The position numbers and the translations under genes were made by a program. DNA of 64,000 nucleotides from a virus. The stretch spans positions 18,822-82,821 of the IMG/VR virus record IMGVR_UViG_3300012950_001127, one strand, 5' to 3'. The notes beneath the pieces are model-generated. The model made no database searches, had not been told where the DNA came from, and saw only the letters and a program-made list of their open reading frames with translations. Below, piece after piece: positions 58,412 to 64,000 of the stretch. Numbering within the stretch: position 1 is the stretch's first letter; the number at the start of each line of letters is the position of its first letter.

Positions 58412-59452
58412 ATGTATAGCATGAGAGAAAATGGAGATTCTATTGCCCATGAGTTTTTAAAACTCTTGGGTGATTCCCCCAGCTTCCAAAAGGAAGCTGG
58501 GATCATGGACGCCGCAAGGTCAGCAGCAGAGTCAATGGGCCAGCAATCAGGTGGCAATGTTGGCGCGGATTCTGTTAAACAGGCTCAAGGTGTACTTGGG
58601 GTTGAGCAAGATGGAGTTATGGGACCACAAACTGAGGCTGCTTTAAAGCAGTGGCAGCAGAATAATGGCTTAACTGCAGATGGTGTGTTAGGCCCGCAAA
58701 CCCTTGAGGCTATGGGGATTGGGCAAAACAGCGCTGGTCAAAGCATCCAGGATGCGGCTGCAGCCGTTGGGGGTGTGGCGAAGAGTGTTGGACAGACCGT
58801 TCAAAACGCTGCAAATGCCGCAGCTAACTGGGGAAACTGGGCGAATGATGGTCAGACTGATTATCTAGCTGATGACAAAGTTGCAGGCTTATTTGTAAAT
58901 CCAGGAAGTAAAAAGCAAAGTGTAAATATGAATATGCTTGATGATCAGATAAAGAGCCACGCATTCGTTAAGAGCATAGCGATAGTTGCTTCAGAGCTTA
59001 ACAGAAGAGGTCTTACAAAAGAGGCTCATTATATTTTAGATTCTGTAGCCAAAGATCAAACAAGAGCGTTTTTGAGCAATGTTTTCTCTACAGCCACAGT
59101 TCTTAGCAAGAGGGGTTTGGCAAAAGAGGCACATTATCTATTAGATTCTGTTATGAAGGCTAAAAAGAGAGCACAAAGAGTCCCTCAAAGGCTCGCTCCA
59201 AAGACTGCCAATCATCATATTGTAAATGGTCTGAATAAGATTGCACATAGCTTGCGCTCTAAAGGTGAAAACTTCGCGGCAGATGTAGTTAATGCAACTA
59301 CTCTTAGTATAGTGACTGACCTTAAGAAAGAAGCTGCAAAAAAAGGCAACATTTCTAGAACCTTGTTAAAGATGGCTAGAGAGTTTGATAGAAGCGGAGA
59401 TACTTTCGCCGGAGATATGGTGAGAACTACCTTGCTTAATCTTCAGAAGTAA
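58412..59452 (+). CDS. Head-module protein with a PG_binding_1 domain and four helical tag repeats
   Basis: DGVMGPQTEAALKQWQQNNGLTADGVLGPQT; RRGLTKEAHYILD and KRGLAKEAHYLLD. Confidence 0.75.
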   Translation: MYSMRENGDSIAHEFLKLLGDSPSFQKEAGIMDAARSAAESMGQQSGGNVGADSVKQAQGVLGVEQDGVMGPQTEAALKQWQQNNGLTADGVLGPQTLEAMGIGQNSAGQSIQDAAAAVGGVAKSVGQTVQNAANAAANWGNWANDGQTDYLADDKVAGLFVNPGSKKQSVNMNMLDDQIKSHAFVKSIAIVASELNRRGLTKEAHYILDSVAKDQTRAFLSNVFSTATVLSKRGLAKEAHYLLDSVMKAKKRAQRVPQRLAPKTANHHIVNGLNKIAHSLRSKGENFAADVVNATTLSIVTDLKKEAAKKGNISRTLLKMAREFDRSGDTFAGDMVRTTLLNLQK

Positions 59453-59507
59453 AAGATAGTATTTTTGTTTTCTATTGAAAGAATTTCTATACTATTAATA
59501 GTAAAAT

Positions 59508-59537
59508 AAAAGGGAGGAAGAGATTCCTCCCTTTTTT
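59508..59537 (+). terminator. Rho-independent terminator
   Basis: AAAAGGGAGGAA-GAGA-TTCCTCCCTTTT followed by further T residues. Confidence 0.9.
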
Positions 59538-59572
59538 ATATTTATATTTATTTATAATAGCGGAGATTAAAG

Positions 59573-60265
59573 TTGTTAAAAGTAATTCATACTGGAAATG
59601 CAATGCCAATGAGTTTGCCTGTTGATCCAACGGCAGAATTTGAGCCGGGGATGTTCGCCCAGCTTGGTTTGATAGGAAATGATATCGTTGGAAGTGTCAG
59701 CGACGGAACAGCTCCATTGGGGATTATTGATGACGTTAGAACGACTGCGTTTACCAAAGCTCAAGTAGATGAAGTTGTGGTGGCAACAGCACAGGCTATA
59801 GAGGTAAATTCTAATGGGTATCGTGTAAACACAGAAGATTTGACTGGCATATTAGAATTTCCAAATATTGTAGAAGATAGCTTTACATCTACAATCTCTG
59901 TAGTTTTAAATACAGTAAATGGGGTTGTAACAATTCCTGCCGGAACCGTTTTAAATCATGATTCGGATGGTGATGGCGACTATGATAGCTTTAGAGTTAT
60001 AGTTAATTATATATACAGAGTTGCCGGAACTCCTGGAGATGATACTACAGTTGGCAGCGGAAGAATAACTTTGCACTATCAACGAGGCATTTATGCTACA
60101 GATCAGTTTGATACAACTCAAGTATATCCTGTAAACGCTACTCTTTACGTTGGATTAGATGGAAAGATTACCTCTAAGCAGCCTACAGCGAATCATCCTG
60201 GTGTGGCGGTTTGTACGGGACCCCCATCTGCATCAATAGGAACTATAGAATTCATGTTGCTGTAA
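59573..60265 (+). CDS. Probable capsid decoration/cement protein
   Basis: Beta-rich: PVDP.AEFEPG, PLGIIDD, GSGRITL, TDQFDT..YPVNA.LYV..DG.IT and GPPS; located in the head module. Confidence 0.55.
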   Translation: MLKVIHTGNAMPMSLPVDPTAEFEPGMFAQLGLIGNDIVGSVSDGTAPLGIIDDVRTTAFTKAQVDEVVVATAQAIEVNSNGYRVNTEDLTGILEFPNIVEDSFTSTISVVLNTVNGVVTIPAGTVLNHDSDGDGDYDSFRVIVNYIYRVAGTPGDDTTVGSGRITLHYQRGIYATDQFDTTQVYPVNATLYVGLDGKITSKQPTANHPGVAVCTGPPSASIGTIEFMLL

Positions 60266-60267
60266 AC

Positions 60268-60274
60268 TACTAAT
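60268..60274 (+). promoter_or_regulatory. Candidate late promoter TACTAAT
   Basis: Intergenic, about 45 nt before the 60320 start. Confidence 0.55.
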
Positions 60275-60319
60275 TTTTTAAATTGTGTTGATTAATATAT
60301 ATTATGGAGAATACAAATA

Positions 60320-60727
60320 ATGTTTAATTCTTGGTCCAAAGAAGATATATCTCATTTCGAAAAAAGTGAAGTTATGCAAGAATTCGAAAAAAGAGTTATA
60401 GAGAATTTGCATAGATTAGCTATTTTGAATAAAAAAGCCCAAGCTGAGGGAGCTGCTGAATTAAAGGAAGTAGAGAATCAGGCTAATGAGACTGCAGAGG
60501 CCCTGAAGGGTGTTGCAGAGGAGCAGGCGAAGCTTAACCCTGCTGATGATGATCCAGAAAAGACAGATGAAACTGCAGAAGACGGCTTAGCCGACAAGAG
60601 TGCTGTTGTAGAAGAGCTTAGAGAGATGATTAAGGCGGCGATGTCAAATAATAATATTAAGCTGGCTTATAAAATAGAGCGCACTATTGACGAGATTTTG
60701 GAGCAAAGCGTAAAATGCGAATTGTAA
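60320..60727 (+). CDS. Hypothetical acidic helical head-module protein
   Basis: GGAG SD, TACTAAT upstream, KKAQ site. Confidence 0.65.
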   Translation: MFNSWSKEDISHFEKSEVMQEFEKRVIENLHRLAILNKKAQAEGAAELKEVENQANETAEALKGVAEEQAKLNPADDDPEKTDETAEDGLADKSAVVEELREMIKAAMSNNNIKLAYKIERTIDEILEQSVKCEL

Positions 60728-63657
60728 AAAATTCAGAAGCAAGCCTGTTTGATGACTATGTAGCTACAATGCTGCAATTTGATAACAAAAGAAATAATCA
60801 ATTTTTGGTGAAAACTGCCGGGGATCGTGTCTCATTCTTTAGGAAGCTTCTCGGCATTGGTGATGATGTTGTTGATATTGGAAACAGATCTGCGAGATAT
60901 GGAGATAAGGCGCTTGACGCAGAGAGGGCTGCCAAAGTTGGCGTAGATGCAACAGAGGCGGTTTCTAGAAGCGGTATAGATATTGCTGAAGTATTTGTAG
61001 ATGGAGCAGCGGGCGCAAAGGCTTTAGCGTTTGACATTCAGACTTCAGCAAGACAACTGCAGCAAGATGGTAGAAATATTTCTAACTTAGAAGAGTTTTT
61101 GCATCAAGAAATTAGAAACAGTCCGCATGTTACTGCTGCCGGAAAGGCTAATCCAGATGATATTATAAGGTATTTAAGTGGCGAAGAGGTTCGGGCGGCA
61201 GTGCGTAGTAGCACAGAAGTGGTGCGCGCCATGGGCCTGCTCGATGATGTTCAGGCCGATGCTCTGCTCAGAGGCGAGCACATTCCCGCCGGAGGAGGCC
61301 TTACGCCCGTGAATCAAGGACAGAGGTTGTCCACATCCGATATGCATGCAGATGATATGGCGTTGCTTGCAGAAAGAGGCTTTTTGCCTAATAAACGCTA
61401 TGTGTGGGATGACAAGCTTAGGGGCTGGGTAGAGCTTGGCGCAGACGGTAGAACGGCAGTGCCAGGAAGTCAGCACATTGTAAGAGCAGAAGAGGGAAGG
61501 CGTCTTTTAACTGTTGATGAGGTTACAGATTGGGTAAGTGCGACGAGGGGAGTGCAGGATCGGGTACCCCGGCAAACTATCGATGTTGTGGATGTTGTGA
61601 ACACGCCGACTCACAGGGCTTTAACAAACGGTGATTATAGAGGATTCAGCGATATTGCAGGAAATATGCACTCTTCTCCCGCCTGGAGAAGACTGACTGC
61701 TGAGCAGCGTCAAGCTGCAGATTATTTCATAAGACAGGGCGCAGAACTATCAGATTCGACTAGAAAACTTGTCGCTGCAGGCGAGCGTGTTAGAAGCGTT
61801 CGTAGTCAAGCGGAACTTGATCGTGCCATTGCCGAGTTTGCAGAAGCTGCTGCAGATCTTCAGCGGAAGCAGCAATATTATGGACGAGCCTATGAGGATG
61901 CCCGCCGGCAAGGATTAGAGGCTGCTCTGCCACATATTGCTCACATGGAATCCGTCGTCGGCCGGTATGCCGATGAAGCAGCTGAAGTTATTCGGATTGA
62001 AAGAGAGGCTCTTAATGCAGAACGCGCTGCACATAATGGCAGGGTTGATGATTTTAATAATGCACAGCGAGCGGGCGAAAGTGGTCTTGCAGAAAGATTA
62101 GCTAAGCTTGAAGCAGATGAAGTTGCACTCAAAGCAAGGCAGGAAAAACTTGTAGCAGATGAAGCTGCACTCGAAGCGCAAAGGGCTGCAGATGCAGCTG
62201 CTCCACGGCCAACGGGCGGCGAACCAGATCCTAAGTCGGTTCGTGGTCAGACCAATGCCGCATCAGAAGGGGCGGTCGATGATCTGGCTGCCGCCAAACG
62301 CACCTTAGAAGAGGCTCATATCGCCAATGGAAAAACTCCTGCACAAGCTAGGGCATTGGCAGATGAAGCGTTTCAAGTTGCAGGGGCACGATCAGGGCTG
62401 TCTGGAACGACTAAGCTTGCATTAGCTGGTGCTGGCGCATGGGGAGGATGGAAGTGGGGAGTGTGGGGCAAGCTCGCAGCGCTTCTTGGCATAGGCGTTG
62501 GAGGATACGCTCTTTACAACTATCTTTCTGATGATGAAGAAGATTCTAGCGGAGCAACAGGCGGCGGCGGTCCAGGCGGCGGCAGCGGGGGAGGAAGAAG
62601 AGATTACGGTCATCGAGTTGCAGATCCTACGACGGGTGAGCCTACCACTGTTTCGAGAATATATCAACAGGGACGGTGGGAAGATCTTAATACTCTGTTG
62701 AATAACAGCCCTGGAGACATCGCTCTTCATGATGCTGTTAGAAGCGCATATGGAAAATCTTATAAGGTTGAATTGCCAGGGCCATTTGACGGTGAGGGTC
62801 AGGATCTTAGATATGCATTTATAAATAGAACACTTGGTGCCAGAGGGCCTATAGACAGAGAGGGGCTTAATAGATCCGCTTTAATTGAGCTGGTTTATTC
62901 TTCTCTTATGGACCCTCAAACTGGTGGAGCACAATATGATCACTACCTTACAAAGGTGACAAAAAATCCAATAACAAGAAGGCCAAATGCACAAATGGCC
63001 TTGAACGAAGCATTTGAGGAAGTTATGGGCAAAGGACTTTATGAGAGAGGACTCTTCGGAGGGACAGGTCCCGGAAGAAGAAGAACCAGAAGAGATATGG
63101 CGGGAAGAAGCTTAAACGCAGGCCCAGGATATGCTGGAGCCCCTGCTCAAGATATGAGCAGAGCAGAGCGCGGAGCGCTCCGTCGCAGATATAATAGAAC
63201 GGCAGAAGATGAAAGCCGCTTTGATGAGATTAAGAAATTCACAGAGTTATCAATGAATTCTATTAATAATGATGATACATCTGAGTTCTTTAACAAGAAA
63301 GCAGATAAATTTTCCAATTCCTATTACAAAGATGCAGTAAATGGTCTAAGTGGTGGAGATGAGGAGTTAAAGTCTTATTATACTGGGCTGGGAAGACTGT
63401 ATAACAAGAAGCGTAAGAAACCAAAGGCTGATTACGATAAACTGTACGACGTGTCCGAAGGGACAGGAGTTGATTTGATACATGCCGCACATCCAAAAGC
63501 AATTGTTGTTTTAGATTCGATTGGACGAGGCGGATTAGTAGAGAATGGACTTGAACAAAAACGTCAAACACATGGTGTGGCTTTAAGTACACCGACTGGT
63601 AATTTTAGAGCAAATTACGCGTGGTTACGCGATGCTTTGAATAAAACAAGTAAATAG
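60715..63657 (+). CDS. Large Ala/Arg-rich protein with coiled coil and hydrophobic hairpin; putative ejected/internal virion protein
   Basis: LVKTAG near the N-terminus; LALAGAGAWGGWKWGVWGKLAALLGIGVGGYALYNYL; RTAED near the C-terminus. Confidence 0.65.
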   Translation: MRIVKNSEASLFDDYVATMLQFDNKRNNQFLVKTAGDRVSFFRKLLGIGDDVVDIGNRSARYGDKALDAERAAKVGVDATEAVSRSGIDIAEVFVDGAAGAKALAFDIQTSARQLQQDGRNISNLEEFLHQEIRNSPHVTAAGKANPDDIIRYLSGEEVRAAVRSSTEVVRAMGLLDDVQADALLRGEHIPAGGGLTPVNQGQRLSTSDMHADDMALLAERGFLPNKRYVWDDKLRGWVELGADGRTAVPGSQHIVRAEEGRRLLTVDEVTDWVSATRGVQDRVPRQTIDVVDVVNTPTHRALTNGDYRGFSDIAGNMHSSPAWRRLTAEQRQAADYFIRQGAELSDSTRKLVAAGERVRSVRSQAELDRAIAEFAEAAADLQRKQQYYGRAYEDARRQGLEAALPHIAHMESVVGRYADEAAEVIRIEREALNAERAAHNGRVDDFNNAQRAGESGLAERLAKLEADEVALKARQEKLVADEAALEAQRAADAAAPRPTGGEPDPKSVRGQTNAASEGAVDDLAAAKRTLEEAHIANGKTPAQARALADEAFQVAGARSGLSGTTKLALAGAGAWGGWKWGVWGKLAALLGIGVGGYALYNYLSDDEEDSSGATGGGGPGGGSGGGRRDYGHRVADPTTGEPTTVSRIYQQGRWEDLNTLLNNSPGDIALHDAVRSAYGKSYKVELPGPFDGEGQDLRYAFINRTLGARGPIDREGLNRSALIELVYSSLMDPQTGGAQYDHYLTKVTKNPITRRPNAQMALNEAFEEVMGKGLYERGLFGGTGPGRRRTRRDMAGRSLNAGPGYAGAPAQDMSRAERGALRRRYNRTAEDESRFDEIKKFTELSMNSINNDDTSEFFNKKADKFSNSYYKDAVNGLSGGDEELKSYYTGLGRLYNKKRKKPKADYDKLYDVSEGTGVDLIHAAHPKAIVVLDSIGRGGLVENGLEQKRQTHGVALSTPTGNFRANYAWLRDALNKTSK

Positions 63658-63660
63658 CCC

Positions 63661-63726
63661 TGGTTGTTGACTTTACAATTAGGTTAAAAACCAATTTAAG
63701 ATGATAAATTCATGGTGAGTTTATCA
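63661..63726 (+). promoter_or_regulatory. Two hairpins upstream of a strongly translated head gene
   Basis: TGGTT-G-TTGACTT/AGGTTAA-A-AACCA and TGATAAATTCA/TGAGTTTATCA, followed by TATTAAT and AAGGAG. Confidence 0.5.
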
Positions 63727-63756
63727 AAAATATTAATTTAAATAAGGAGAAAAAAA

Positions 63757-64000
63757 ATGGCTCTTGTATTATTAAATCCCGGCCTTAGACCATTAGGGCA
63801 GTTTGATATGGAAGACGATAATGCCACCAATATGTCGGGTGGCGAATATGTAGAACTTACAACTATTGACGTTTCGAGCGAGGCTGGCGCTGAAGCTTAT
63901 GCTGCAGATGTTGGCACAGGCGGTAGCGGCACTGGTATCATTCAGGGTTCTGCCGGAGACAATGTTCACTTTGCGCTTGCTCAGCGTGCGCAGTCAAAAG
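63757..64000 (+). CDS. 5' part of a probable capsid-associated (decoration-type) protein, truncated by the window
   Basis: AAGGAG SD; MALVLLNPGLRPLGQFDMEDD... is open to the window end. Confidence 0.6.
   Translation, partial: MALVLLNPGLRPLGQFDMEDDNATNMSGGEYVELTTIDVSSEAGAEAYAADVGTGGSGTGIIQGSAGDNVHFALAQRAQSK

Noticed and set aside
390-63592. Minus-strand ORFs in the six-frame track
   Set aside because: All are short, lie antisense to well-supported + strand genes and lack recognisable motifs; they are treated as shadow ORFs.
1-64000. Stop-codon reassignment
   Set aside because: Conserved genes are full length in the standard code, and TAA, TAG and TGA all terminate genes.

Overview
This 64-kb window is AT-rich, densely coding and transcribed entirely on the + strand. 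It comes from a large tailed dsDNA bacteriophage (jumbo/huge-phage-like), read in the standard code with frequent TTG starts. Roughly 1-36 kb holds nucleotide, replication, recombination and host-like accessory genes: M16 peptidase end, ThyX, Hsp20, KhpA, HU, FtsK, SbcCD, a Cas4/RecB-like nuclease, a sigma factor, DnaE, SSB, RuvC, GroEL, RecA, a split DnaG primase and a fatty-acid hydroxylase. A 1833-aa tail fibre and a 2125-aa orphan are interspersed among them. Roughly 36-64 kb is a head-morphogenesis module: GpA-type terminase, portal, protease-scaffold fusion, decoration-like proteins, a CCA-type nucleotidyltransferase, a CX5R phosphatase and many orphans. The most notable signal is a shared sequence grammar across the head-module proteins. 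It consists of many (hydrophobic)-x-K/R-x-A sites at domain boundaries, a recurring ~25-aa helical tag (A-x-x-L-D-x-x-G-L-x-x-E-A-x-x-L-D), and GC-richer cargo segments (phosphatase, DUF192, HAD-like, PG-binding, membrane hairpin) placed between the sites. I infer a prohead-protease-processed polyprotein and capsid-cargo loading system. Also seen: a TACTAAT/TATTAAT candidate late promoter, a nested scaffold start inside the protease gene, and structured leaders. All calls come from visual motif recognition; no searches were run.
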